Assembly: GCA_043228905.1 (NCBI GenBank)
Contig: JBHGNT010000250.1
Coordinates: 1 to 45,106 of the forward strand
DNA: 45,106 nucleotides
Direction of reading: 5' to 3'
DNA from: Azolla caroliniana
Taxonomy: Eukaryota > Plantae > Polypodiophyta
Part shown: positions 10,046 through 22,800 of the stretch, piece after piece
Numbering within the stretch: the stretch's first letter is position 1
Layout: each line of letters opens with the position of its first letter
Translations under genes and position numbers: made by a program
Notes under the pieces: model-generated
What the model saw: only the letters and a program-made list of their open reading frames with translations
The model's database searches: none
Told to the model about the DNA's origin: nothing

Positions 10046-11083
10046 ATGGCGAAGCTCACTATCATATTCCTCATGGCGGTTATCATGCTAGCCGCCTGCG
10101 GCGCGGCCAATGCTAGATCTGTAGGACGGGATCGCGAAGAGGAGAGGCGCGATCGACGTAGGGAGGAGGATGTCGACGAGGAGAGGCGCAGCGGACGTCG
10201 TGAGGGATCCATCGATGAGAGGCGCTACAGAGACAACAAGAGAGAGTCGGATGAGGACCGGGATCGTCGCAGTCACGATCGCGATGAGCCACGTGAGGAG
10301 AGGCGCGATCGACGCAGGGAGGAGGATTTCGATGAGGAGAGGCGCGGGGGACGTCGCGAGGGGTCCATCGAGGAGGGGCGCTACGGAGACAACAAGAGAG
10401 AGTCCGAAGAGGAACGGGATCGTCGCGGTCGCGATCGTGATGAGTCACGTGACGAGAGGCGCGATCGACGCAGGGAGGAGGATGTCGAGCAGGAGAGGCG
10501 CGACCGACGTCGTGAAGGATCCCTCGATGAAGGACGTCGCAGAGACAACAAGAGAGAGTCCGAAGAGGAACGGGATCGTCGTGGCCGCGATCGCGATGAG
10601 CCACGAGACCGAGAGTTGAGGCAAGAGTGCCAAAACTTCGTCGATAGGCAGGTCCGCCACCTACAAGAACGTAATGAGAAGGAAGAACGTGGACGAAGCC
10701 GTCGCACCTCTTGGGATGAAATCAGCCGATATGCAAGGCCCTCCGAAAGATGCTGCAGGAACGTGGAACAAATCCCCGTAGAAGAGCGTTGCAACCGCCT
10801 CCGCGAGGCCTTATACATTAGCGGAGAAGAGGCACGCAATGATGGTCACCGCCATAACCAAGTGTCAAGGGAACGTCGTCAATGGGAAGAGGATGCCGAG
10901 CGAGAGAGAGACAGTAGCGAGCGCGAGGAGGACGAGCGCCGTTATCGCATGACCGGACGACAAGATGAGGAACAACGTCGTCGTTTCAAGGCCGGTGAGG
11001 AGGAACAACTTCTAAGCGTGGCAACCTCTCGCCTTCTCCAACAATGTGATCTTCGCCCACGCGCTTGTATTCGCCACTTTTAA
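10046..11083 (+). CDS. 2S-albumin-like prepro-storage protein copy (N271; silent C>T at 10582)
   Basis: 345-aa ORF, protein identical to the 5724 copy. Confidence 0.9.
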   Translation: MAKLTIIFLMAVIMLAACGAANARSVGRDREEERRDRRREEDVDEERRSGRREGSIDERRYRDNKRESDEDRDRRSHDRDEPREERRDRRREEDFDEERRGGRREGSIEEGRYGDNKRESEEERDRRGRDRDESRDERRDRRREEDVEQERRDRRREGSLDEGRRRDNKRESEEERDRRGRDRDEPRDRELRQECQNFVDRQVRHLQERNEKEERGRSRRTSWDEISRYARPSERCCRNVEQIPVEERCNRLREALYISGEEARNDGHRHNQVSRERRQWEEDAERERDSSEREEDERRYRMTGRQDEEQRRRFKAGEEEQLLSVATSRLLQQCDLRPRACIRHF

Positions 11084-12206
11084 AGAACGTACATAACTTT
11101 TTCAACTATACACTTTCTGAACATCGTAAATGTAAATGGTGTGCTCTGTGTGGTGTCTTGACGTTCTCATAACCCTCTCAATCATATTTCTCCCACGCTC
11201 GCGCACAACACGCACGCACGCACGCACGATCAGGTCGCGTGCCCTCGCTCGCTCATTGCACAAGCAAAATGAAACTCCACGCACACATGATTAGGTAACG
11301 TGCCCACACGCACACTACCCACTCCCACCCTACCTATATCTATCTCTATCCATCTATCGCTATCTCTCTCACGAGCAACGCGAAACTCGTCAAACGTCGA
11401 TGCCATCACAATGTTGTATTGAAGCCACCCTCATACAATGCCGTGTCTCGCCGTACCATGATGTGCGCAATAGTAGTGGCTGATCGTAACTCCTACTACA
11501 AACATGATTCCACATGAAATTCCCATGTCTATCTACCATTTTCATCATCGTGTGAACCAACCAACCCACGCATGTTTCACCTAGAAATGTTGTCCTTGAA
11601 TGGTGCCACCTTCATATTCCTCCGGTGGTTGCAGCGTCCACAACGACGACGGATCTTGTAATCACAATGAAAACGCGTGTCGTCGTCCGTATGTTGGTCG
11701 CAATGGATTCTAAACCCCCTCGTGGCCACAACCACCGATAACGTTTTCGTGGAGAGAACCAACACCCTAAAAACCTTTTCTCACCACCTTATCCTCGTTT
11801 TACGAGGCCCATACGCACTCTACAACCTCAATGGCATCACATGTGTAGGTGGCTATCATGAGGTTACATACTGTCTACGTTGCAATATGGACGAAGCGTC
11901 CATAGGTTAGTAGATTTGAAATGCCCAAGTGCATAATCCCACTCCTGGTGTGATGGAGGTGAGTATAGGGCTAGTGATATGGTAGGTCGAAGCAGGAGGA
12001 TCCTGGACACGTAAAGGGGGGTGGATAAAAGTGAATGGTCTCTTCCGTGGCCCAAGTATGGATCATGCCATTAACGTCTATAGGAATGGACGTGGGAAGG
12101 GACATGCATGTACTAGACATGCATGGCCTTGTGTATATAAGGGTGGATCAACCATGACACACTCAAATAGGCGGAGAGAGAACCGGGGTAGTTCCGAACA
12201 CAAGCA

Positions 12207-13244
12207 ATGGCGAAGCTCACTATCATATTCCTCATGGCGGTTATCATGCTAGCCGCCTGCGGCGCGGCCAATGCTAGATCTGTAGGACGGGATCGCGAAG
12301 AGGAGAGGCGCGATCGACGTAGGGAGGAGGATGTCGACGAGGAGAGGCGCAGCGGACGTCGTGAGGGATCCATCGATGAGAGGCGCTACAGAGACAACAA
12401 GAGAGAGTCGGATGAGGACCGGGATCGTCGCAGTCACGATCGCGATGAGCCACGTGAGGAGAGGCGCGATCGACGCAGGGAGGAGGATTTCGATGAGGAG
12501 AGGCGCGGGGGACGTCGCGAGGGGTCCATCGAGGAGGGGCGCTACGGAGACAACAAGAGAGAGTCCGAAGAGGAACGGGATCGTCGCGGTCGCGATCGTG
12601 ATGAGTCACGTGACGAGAGGCGCGATCGACGCAGGGAGGAGGATGTCGAGCAGGAGAGGCGCGACCGACGTCGTGAAGGATCCCTCGATGAAGGACGTCG
12701 CAGAGACAACAAGAGAGAGTCCGAAGAGGAACGGGATCGTCGCGGCCGCGATCGCGATGAGCCACGAGACCGAGAGTTGAGGCAAGAGTGCCAAAACTTC
12801 GTCGATAGGCAGGTCCGCCACCTACAAGAACGTAATGAGAAGGAAGAACGTGGACGAAGCCGTCGCACCTCTTGGGATGAAATCAGCCGATATGCAAGGC
12901 CCTCCGAAAGATGCTGCAGGAACGTGGAACAAATCCCCGTAGAAGAGCGTTGCAACCGCCTCCGCGAGGCCTTATACATTAGCGGAGAAGAGGCACGCAA
13001 TGATGGTCACCGCCATAGCCAAGTGTCAAGGGAACGTCGTCAATGGGAAGAGGATGCCGAGCGAGAGAGAGACAGTAGCGAGCGCGAGGAGGACGAGCGC
13101 CGTTATCGCATGACCGGACGACAAGATGAGGAACAACGTCGTCGTTTCAAGGCCGGTGAGGAGGAACAACTTCTAAGCGTGGCAACCTCTCGCCTTCTCC
13201 AACAATGTGATCTTCGCCCACGCGCTTGTATTCGCCACTTTTAA
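12207..13244 (+). CDS. 2S-albumin-like prepro-storage protein copy (S271)
   Basis: 345-aa ORF; AAC>AGC at 13018. Confidence 0.9.
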   Translation: MAKLTIIFLMAVIMLAACGAANARSVGRDREEERRDRRREEDVDEERRSGRREGSIDERRYRDNKRESDEDRDRRSHDRDEPREERRDRRREEDFDEERRGGRREGSIEEGRYGDNKRESEEERDRRGRDRDESRDERRDRRREEDVEQERRDRRREGSLDEGRRRDNKRESEEERDRRGRDRDEPRDRELRQECQNFVDRQVRHLQERNEKEERGRSRRTSWDEISRYARPSERCCRNVEQIPVEERCNRLREALYISGEEARNDGHRHSQVSRERRQWEEDAERERDSSEREEDERRYRMTGRQDEEQRRRFKAGEEEQLLSVATSRLLQQCDLRPRACIRHF

Positions 13245-14367
13245 AGAACGTACATAACTTTTTCAACTATACACTTTCTGAACATCGTAAATGTAAATGG
13301 TGTGCTCTGTGTGGTGTCTTGACGTTCTCATAACCCTCTCAATCATATTTCTCCCACGCTCGCGCACAACACGCACGCACGCACGCACGATCAGGTCGCG
13401 TGCCCTCGCTCGCTCATTGCACAAGCAAAATGAAACTCCACGCACACATGATTAGGTAACGTGCCCACACGCACACTACCCACTCCCACCCTACCTATAT
13501 CTATCTCTATCCATCTATCGCTATCTCTCTCACGAGCAACGCGAAACTCGTCAAACGTCGATGCCATCACAATGTTGTATTGAAGCCACCCTCATACAAT
13601 GCCGTGTCTCGCCGTACCATGATGTGCGCAATAGTAGTGGCTGATCGTAACTCCTACTACAAACATGATTCCACATGAAATTCCCATGTCTATCTACCAT
13701 TTTCATCATCGTGTGAACCAACCAACCCACGCATGTTTCACCTAGAAATGTTGTCCTTGAATGGTGCCACCTTCATATTCCTCCGGTGGTTGCAGCGTCC
13801 ACAACGACGACGGATCTTGTAATCACAATGAAAACGCGTGTCGTCGTCCGTATGTTGGTCGCAATGGATTCTAAACCCCCTCGTGGCCACAACCACCGAT
13901 AACGTTTTCGTGGAGAGAACCAACACCCTAAAAACCTTTTCTCACCACCTTATCCTCGTTTTACGAGGCCCATACGCACTCTACAACCTCAATGGCATCA
14001 CATGTGTAGGTGGCTATCATGAGGTTACATACTGTCTACGTTGCAATATGGACGAAGCGTCCATAGGTTAGTAGATTTGAAATGCCCAAGTGCATAATCC
14101 CACTCCTGGTGTGATGGAGGTGAGTATAGGGCTAGTGATATGGTAGGTCGAAGCAGGAGGATCCTGGACACGTAAAGGGGGGTGGATAAAAGTGAATGGT
14201 CTCTTCCGTGGCCCAAGTATGGATCATGCCATTAACGTCTATAGGAATGGACGTGGGAAGGGACATGCATGTACTAGACATGCATGGCCTTGTGTATATA
14301 AGGGTGGATCAACCATGACACACTCAAATAGGCGGAGAGAGAACCGGGGTAGTTCCGAACACAAGCA

Positions 14368-15405
14368 ATGGCGAAGCTCACTATCATATTCCTCATGGCG
14401 GTTATCATGCTAGCCGCCTGCGGCGCGGCCAATGCTAGATCTGTAGGACGGGATCGCGAAGAGGAGAGGCGCGATCGACGTAGGGAGGAGGATGTCGACG
14501 AGGAGAGGCGCAGCGGACGTCGTGAGGGATCCATCGATGAGAGGCGCTACAGAGACAACAAGAGAGAGTCGGATGAGGACCGGGATCGTCGCAGTCACGA
14601 TCGCGATGAGCCACGTGAGGAGAGGCGCGATCGACGCAGGGAGGAGGATTTCGATGAGGAGAGGCGCGGGGGACGTCGCGAGGGGTCCATCGAGGAGGGG
14701 CGCTACGGAGACAACAAGAGAGAGTCCGAAGAGGAACGGGATCGTCGCGGTCGCGATCGTGATGAGTCACGTGACGAGAGGCGCGATCGACGCAGGGAGG
14801 AGGATGTCGAGCAGGAGAGGCGCGACCGACGTCGTGAAGGATCCCTCGATGAAGGACGTCGCAGAGACAACAAGAGAGAGTCCGAAGAGGAACGGGATCG
14901 TCGCGGCCGCGATCGCGATGAGCCACGAGACCGAGAGTTGAGGCAAGAGTGCCAAAACTTCGTCGATAGGCAGGTCCGCCACCTACAAGAACGTAATGAG
15001 AAGGAAGAACGTGGACGAAGCCGTCGCACCTCTTGGGATGAAATCAGCCGATATGCAAGGCCCTCCGAAAGATGCTGCAGGAACGTGGAACAAATCCCCG
15101 TAGAAGAGCGTTGCAACCGCCTCCGCGAGGCCTTATACATTAGCGGAGAAGAGGCACGCAATGATGGTCACCGCCATAGCCAAGTGTCAAGGGAACGTCG
15201 TCAATGGGAAGAGGATGCCGAGCGAGAGAGAGACAGTAGCGAGCGCGAGGAGGACGAGCGCCGTTATCGCATGACCGGACGACAAGATGAGGAACAACGT
15301 CGTCGTTTCAAGGCCGGTGAGGAGGAACAACTTCTAAGCGTGGCAACCTCTCGCCTTCTCCAACAATGTGATCTTCGCCCACGCGCTTGTATTCGCCACT
15401 TTTAA
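14368..15405 (+). CDS. 2S-albumin-like prepro-storage protein copy (S271)
   Basis: 345-aa ORF identical to the 12207 copy. Confidence 0.9.
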   Translation: MAKLTIIFLMAVIMLAACGAANARSVGRDREEERRDRRREEDVDEERRSGRREGSIDERRYRDNKRESDEDRDRRSHDRDEPREERRDRRREEDFDEERRGGRREGSIEEGRYGDNKRESEEERDRRGRDRDESRDERRDRRREEDVEQERRDRRREGSLDEGRRRDNKRESEEERDRRGRDRDEPRDRELRQECQNFVDRQVRHLQERNEKEERGRSRRTSWDEISRYARPSERCCRNVEQIPVEERCNRLREALYISGEEARNDGHRHSQVSRERRQWEEDAERERDSSEREEDERRYRMTGRQDEEQRRRFKAGEEEQLLSVATSRLLQQCDLRPRACIRHF

Positions 15406-16533
15406 AGAACGTACATAACTTTTTCAACTATACACTTTCTGAACATCGTAAATGTAAATGGTGTGCTCTGTGTGGTGTCTTGACGTTCTCATAACCCTCT
15501 CAATCATATTTCTCCCACGCTCGCGCACAACACGCACGCACGCACGCACGATCAGGTCGCGTGCCCTCGCTCGCTCATTGCACAAGCAAAATGAAACTCC
15601 ACGCACACATGATTAGGTAACGTGCCCACACGCACACTACCCACTCCCACCCTACCTATATCTATCTCTATCCATCTATCGCTATCTCTCTCACGAGCAA
15701 CGCGAAACTCGTCAAACGTCGATGCCATCACAATGTTGTATTGAAGCCACCCTCATACAATGCCGTGTCTCGCCGTACCATGATGTGCGCAATAGTAGTG
15801 GCTGATCGTAACTCCTACTACAAACATGATTCCACATGAAATTCCCATGTCTATCTACCATTTTCATCATCGTGTGAACCAACCAACCCACGCATGTTTC
15901 ACCTAGAAATGTTGTCCTTGAATGGTGCCACCTTCATATTCCTCCGGTGGTTGCAGCGTCCACAACGACGACGGATCTTGTAATCACAATGAAAACGCGT
16001 GTCGTCGTCCGTATGTTGGTCGCAATGGATTCTAAACCCCCTCGTGGCCACAACCACCGATAACGTTTTCGTGGAGAGAACCAACACCCTAAAAACCTTT
16101 TCTCACCACCTTATCCTCGTTTTACGAGGCCCATACGCACTCTACAACCTCAATGGCATCACATGTGTAGGTGGCTATCATGAGGTTACATACTGTCTAC
16201 GTTGCAATATGGACGAAGCGTCCATAGGTTAGTAGATTTGAAATGCCCAAGTGCATAATCCCACTCCTGGTGTGATGGAGGTGAGTATAGGGCTAGTGAT
16301 ATGGTAGGTCGAAGCAGGAGGATCCTGGACACGTAAAGGGGTGTGGATAAAAGTGAATGGTCTCTTCCGTGGCCCAAGTATGGATCATGCCATTAACGTC
16401 TAGTCTATAGGAATGGACGTGGGAAGGGACATGCATGTACTAGACATGCATGGCCTTGTGTATATAAGGGTGGATCAACCATGACACACTCAAATAGGCG
16501 GAGAGAGAACCGGGGTAGTTCCGAACACAAGCA

Positions 16534-17571
16534 ATGGCGAAGCTCACTATCATATTCCTCATGGCGGTTATCATGCTAGCCGCCTGCGGCGCGGCCAATG
16601 CTAGATCTGTAGGACGGGATCGCGAAGAGGAGAGGCGCGATCGACGTAGGGAGGAGGATGTCGACGAGGAGAGGCGCAGCGGACGTCGTGAGGGATCCAT
16701 CGATGAGAGGCGCTACAGAGACAACAAGAGAGAGTCGGATGAGGACCGGGATCGTCGCAGTCACGATCGCGATGAGCCACGTGAGGAGAGGCGCGATCGA
16801 CGCAGGGAGGAGGATTTCGATGAGGAGAGGCGCGGGGGACGTCGCGAGGGGTCCATCGAGGAGGGGCGCTACGGAGACAACAAGAGAGAGTCCGAAGAGG
16901 AACGGGATCGTCGCGGTCGCGATCGTGATGAGTCACGTGACGAGAGGCGCGATCGACGCAGGGAGGAGGATGTCGAGCAGGAGAGGCGCGACCGACGTCG
17001 TGAAGGATCCCTCGATGAAGGACGTCGCAGAGACAACAAGAGAGAGTCCGAAGAGGAACGGGATCGTCGCGGCCGCGATCGCGATGAGCCACGAGACCGA
17101 GAGTTGAGGCAAGAGTGCCAAAACTTCGTCGATAGGCAGGTCCGCCACCTACAAGAACGTAATGAGAAGGAAGAACGTGGACGAAGCCGTCGCACCTCTT
17201 GGGATGAAATCAGCCGATATGCAAGGCCCTCCGAAAGATGCTGCAGGAACGTGGAACAAATCCCCGTAGAAGAGCGTTGCAACCGCCTCCGCGAGGCCTT
17301 ATACATTAGCGGAGAAGAGGCACGCAATGATGGTCACCGCCATAGCCAAGTGTCAAGGGAACGTCGTCAATGGGAAGAGGATGCCGAGCGAGAGAGAGAC
17401 AGTAGCGAGCGCGAGGAGGACGAGCGCCGTTATCGCATGACCGGACGACAAGATGAGGAACAACGTCGTCGTTTCAAGGCCGGTGAGGAGGAACAACTTC
17501 TAAGCGTGGCAACCTCTCGCCTTCTCCAACAATGTGATCTTCGCCCACGCGCTTGTATTCGCCACTTTTAA
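16534..17571 (+). CDS. 2S-albumin-like prepro-storage protein copy (S271; variant promoter)
   Basis: 345-aa ORF; upstream G>T at 16342 and GTCTA duplication at 16398-16407. Confidence 0.9.
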   Translation: MAKLTIIFLMAVIMLAACGAANARSVGRDREEERRDRRREEDVDEERRSGRREGSIDERRYRDNKRESDEDRDRRSHDRDEPREERRDRRREEDFDEERRGGRREGSIEEGRYGDNKRESEEERDRRGRDRDESRDERRDRRREEDVEQERRDRRREGSLDEGRRRDNKRESEEERDRRGRDRDEPRDRELRQECQNFVDRQVRHLQERNEKEERGRSRRTSWDEISRYARPSERCCRNVEQIPVEERCNRLREALYISGEEARNDGHRHSQVSRERRQWEEDAERERDSSEREEDERRYRMTGRQDEEQRRRFKAGEEEQLLSVATSRLLQQCDLRPRACIRHF

Positions 17572-19436
17572 AGAACGTACATAACTTTTTCAACTATACA
17601 CTTTCTGAACATCGTAAATGTAAATGGTGTGCTCTGTGTGGTGTCTTGACGTTCTCATAACCCTCTCAATCATATTTCTCCCACGCTCGCGCACAACACG
17701 CACGCACGCACGCACGATCAGGTCGCGTGCCCTCGCTCGCTCATTGCACAAGCAAAATGAAACTCCACGCACACATGATTAGGTAACGTGCCCACACGCA
17801 CACTACCCACTCCCACCCTACCTATATCTATCTCTATCCATCTATCGCTATCTCTCTCACGAGCAACGCGAAACTCGTCAAACGTCGATGCCATCACAAT
17901 GTTGTATTGAAGCCACCCTCATACAATGCCGTGTCTCGCCGTACCATGATGTGCGCAATAGTAGTGGCTGATCGTAACTCCTACTACAAACATGATTCCA
18001 CATGAAATTCCCATGTCTATCTACCATTTTCATCATCGTGTGAACCAACCAACCCACGCATGTTTCACCTAGAAATGTTGTCCTTGAATGGTGCCACCTT
18101 CATATTCCTCCGGTGGTTGCAGCGTCCACAACGACGACGGATCTTGTAATCACAATGAAAACGCGTGTCGTCGTCCGTATGTTGGTCGCAATGGATTCTA
18201 AACCCCCTCGTGGCCACAACCACCGATAACGTTTTCGTGGAGAGAACCAACACCCTAAAAACCTTTTCTCACCACCTTATCCTCGTTTTACGAGGCCCAT
18301 ACGCACTCTACAACCTCAATGGCATCACATGTGTAGGTGGCTATCATGAGGTTACATACTGTCTACGTTGCAATATGGACGAAGCGTCCATAGGTTAGTA
18401 GATTTGAAATGCCCAAGTGCATAATCCCACTCCTGGTGTGATGGAGGTGAGTATAGGGCTAGTGATATGGTAGGTCGAAGCAGGAGGATCCTGGACACGT
18501 AAAGGGGGGTGGATAAAAGTGAATGGTCTCTTCCGTGGCCCAAGTATGGATCATGCCATTAACGTCTATAGGAATGGACGTGGGAAGGGACATGCATGTA
18601 CTAGACATGCATGGCCTTGTGTATATAAGGGTGGATCAACCATGACACACTCAAATAGGCGGAGAGAGAACCGGGGTAGTTCCGAACACAAGCAATGGCG
18701 AAGCTCACTATCATATTCCTCATGGCGGTTATCATGCTAGCCGCCTGCGGCGCGGCCAATGCTAGATCTGTAGGACGGGATCGCGAAGAGGAGAGGCGCG
18801 ATCGACGTAGGGAGGAGGATGTCGACGAGGAGAGGCGCAGCGGACGTCGTGAGGGATCCATCGATGAGAGGCGCTACAGAGACAACAAGAGAGAGTCGGA
18901 TGAGGACCGGGATCGTCGCAGTCACGATCGCGATGAGCCACGTGAGGAGAGGCGCGATCGACGCAGGGAGGAGGATTTCGATGAGGAGAGGCGCGGGGGA
19001 CGTCGCGAGGGGTCCATCGAGGAGGGGCGCTACGGAGACAACAAGAGAGAGTCCGAAGAGGAACGGGATCGTCGCGGTCGCGATCGTGATGAGTCACGTG
19101 ACGAGAGGCGCGATCGACGCAGGGAGGAGGATGTCGAGCAGGAGAGGCGCGACCGACGTCGTGAAGGATCCCTCGATGAAGGACGTCGCAGAGACAACAA
19201 GAGAGAGTCCGAAGAGGAACGGGATCGTCGCGGCCGCGATCGCGATGAGCCACGAGACCGAGAGTTGAGGCAAGAGTGCCAAAACTTCGTCGATAGGCAG
19301 GTCCGCCACCTACAAGAACGTAATGAGAAGGAAGAACGTGGACGAAGCCGTCGCACCTCTTGGGATGAAATCAGCCGATATGCAAGGCCCTCCGAAAGAT
19401 GCTGCAGGAACGTGGAACAAATCCCCGTAGAAGAGC

Positions 19437-19441
19437 GTTGC
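19437..19441 (+). repeat. 5-bp target-site duplication GTTGC (left copy; right copy 26460-26464)
   Basis: Uninterrupted units read gaagagcGTTGCaaccgc. Here GTTGC flanks both ends of the element. Confidence 0.97.
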
Positions 19442-19896
19442 TATTATAGATCTTGGTACTAACGTAAGCTTAAGATAAGGATAATGAAAAGATAGATAGA
19501 AAGGAGAAAGAGAAAGAAGGGTGCCGATCCACCCGACCACCCCCGAGCGAAGGGATCGAGACGGACTCGAGCCTCGATCGGCGTCCCATACCACCGCCGT
19601 GGCGTCGAGTCGTACCTGGTGCTGGCGCGCTCGCTACAAGAGTTGACCCACCACACGAGCAGAGTCTCGATGTAGTCAAAAGATGATCAAATGAGGGTAG
19701 CTAGGCCTCTTATTTATAGCGATACCCAAGGCCCCCAGGCAAGTTCACACTTGACCTAATGGGTTGTCTCAATCCCGAGGATTAAAAGTAATCCTCCCCT
19801 TCTTTACACTCTCATTTAACCCTCACACTTATCCACGTGTATAGAATACTACGGTAAATTCTTACCACGGGATATTATATGGTCATGCCCGTAACA
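19442..19896 (-). repeat. 3' LTR (455 bp)
   Basis: Direct repeat of 26005-26459 with no difference found by eye. Element sense reads 5'-TGTTACGGGC...GATCTATAATA-3'. Confidence 0.97.
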
Positions 19897-22800
19897 TACT
19901 CCCCCTCTTTAAAACATTGCACTCTTGCAATGGAAAGTTAGGGAAGTTAGTTCTAAGAGTATTTTCGCGTTCCCATGTGGCATCTTTTATTGATTTATCT
20001 ATCCATTTTATTTTGAATTCTCGGATTTCTTTAGTACGTAATTTTTTTGTTTTAACATCGAGAATTCTTTCTGGCACATGTGGTTTAGAAGATAATTCTT
20101 CAGAAGTAATCAGAGTTTCAGTCGTAACTGTATTGTCGCCAGAACCTAGAAGTTCTTTTAGACGACTCACATGAAAGACTGGATGAATTCCGACACCATC
20201 GGGAAGAGCGAGACGATAGGCTGATGACCCAATGCGTTTGAGGACTGTAAAAGGTCCACAAAACCGTGGGGCTAACTTAGCGCACTTACCCGTAGACAAT
20301 GTCTTAGAATTGTGAGGTACACGTAAAAATACCTTCTGTCCAGGGTTGAATACACGAGGTTGCCTATGATGATCGGCATAAAAACGCGCTCTATCTTGAG
20401 CTGTTTTTATATTATCTCGTGCAATATGCAACATATCTTGCATATCCCGAAGAAAGTTTTGCGTACTTCGCAACTCATCATGATGTATAGTAACATCAAT
20501 CGGGGCTCGTGGCTGAAAACCATACATCAACATAAAAGGACTATATCCCGTCGACGTATGCTTGGAGCTGTTATAAGCAAACTCCAAAATTGGGAGATAA
20601 CGTTCCCATTTTGTTGGTTTTGCACCAACGTATGCTCGAAGCATGTCCTCAATAATTTGATTTACTCGTTCTGTCTGTCCATCGGATTGAGGATGATCCG
20701 TGGAGCTCATGCTCAACGTAGTTTCTAACTTCTTAAAGACTTGTGTCCAGAAGTCACTAGTAAACTTTGGATCTCGATCACTCACGATATCCATCGGTAA
20801 CCCATAAAAACGAAACAATTCGTCAACGAATTGGTAAGCCAATTCAGGAGCTGTTACCGTGGTTTTAGTAGCAATAAATCTGGCCATTTTAGTTAGTCGA
20901 TCAACGACAACCCAGATGGCATCATGACCTTTTTGGGTGCGAGGAAGGCTAACAATAAAATCCATGGATATACTTTCCCACTTATTATTGGGAATGTCCA
21001 AGGGATGTAAAAGTCCTGCGGCTTTAAGTCGCTCGGCTTTGTTAACCTGACACTGGTGACATTTAGTCACATAGCTATGTATGTCAGGACGCATCTTAGG
21101 CCAATAAAATTGAGTGGAGATGAGAACGAGTGTACGATGTATTCCAGGGTGCCCTGCGGAGGGTGCATCATGGCATTCAAAAAGAATCCTCTTTTTGACC
21201 TCGGGTAAATCTGGAACACAAACCTTCCCATTACGGTAGAGCAAACCGTTAGCAATGTGGAAGTATTCCTTCGAGGATGTGGTGGTGTCTGTTCCAGACT
21301 CAACTCTTGCCCAGTATTTTGCGAAATAACTGTCATCAGGATACTTTCCTCGAAGGTGATCATAAAGATCTGATGATATTTCAGTGAAGCTAAGCGTGTT
21401 AACTTCACGGATGCGACTTAGTGCATCAGCGACAGTGTTCATGGAACCTTTACGATATCGTATGGAAAAATCAAAGTCCTGGATGAGATCAGCCCATCGT
21501 GCCTTACGACCTTTCAGGTCTTGTTGGTCACAAAAATATTTCAAGGACTCGTGGTCCGTAGTTACCACAAAGTGATTTCCATAAAGATAATGGCGCCATG
21601 TTTTGAGCGCATGTATAACTGCAAATAATTCCTTTTCTTGAACGGTATACCGACATTGAGCAGAATCAAGTTTCTTACTCTCGAATGCTATTGGTTGACC
21701 ATCTTGATACAAGACAGCACCTATAGCATAATCGCTTGCATCGGTTTCAACCTCAAAAGGTTTTGAAGGATCGGGTAAAAGAAGTGAAGGAGCCTTGCAA
21801 ACTAGGTCCTTGAGTTCCTTAAATGCAAGGTCTAGTGTAGCATTCCACACAATAGGTTTTGTAGACTTACGCGTTTGACCTTTTAAAAGATCAGTAAACG
21901 GCATCGTCAATTGGGAGTAATTACGAAGAGACTTTCGCAAAAACCCCACAAAACCAAGGAATGATCGAACTTCTCGAATATTCCGAAGAGTGGGCCAAAG
22001 CTTGATTTTCTCAATGCGAGAAGGATCAATTTCAACTCCTCGTTCGGTTATGAGATGTCCTAGATAAGTAATTGATTTCTTGAAGAACTCACATTTTGAG
22101 ATCTTCGCATAAAACTGTTTGTCACGCAATGTTTGTAAAACAAAGCGGACATGTCTAGCATGTTCTTGTAATGTACGGCTATAAACTAAAATATCATCCA
22201 AGAAAATAACGACAAATTTTCCAAGTTGTTCTCGGAAAATGTCATTCATTTCTTGTTGAAAAGTAGCCGGAGCATTGGTCAAACCAAAAGGCATAACCAA
22301 AAACTCGTAATGGCCATAGCGCGTACGAAATGCCGTTTTAGGAACATCGTCCTCACTTATTCGTATTTGATGGTAGCCAGTACGGAGATCAAGTTTCGTA
22401 AAATACCGAGCTCCCTGGAGACGGTCAATTAGATCGTCAGCCCGGGGCAATGGATACGAATTCTTGATCGTCACTTTATTCAAGCGTCGGTAATTAATAC
22501 ACATACGCCATGTGCCCTCTTTCTTTTTAACCAAGAGAACTGGTGCACCCCATGGAGATTTACTATAACGTATATAACCCATTCGTAAATAGTCCTTGAG
22601 TTGCTTAGATACCTCATCTTCTTCGGATCGACTTAAGCGATACGGAGGTATACTTATTGGTGCAACACCAGGTACAATATCTATACGATGGTCTATATTA
22701 CGTTTAGGAGGTAACCCATCAGGTAGTTCACTTGGAAAAACATCATGAAAATCATTTAAGATTTCATCAAGTTGTTGTTGTTCAAAATATGTTAATTGAA

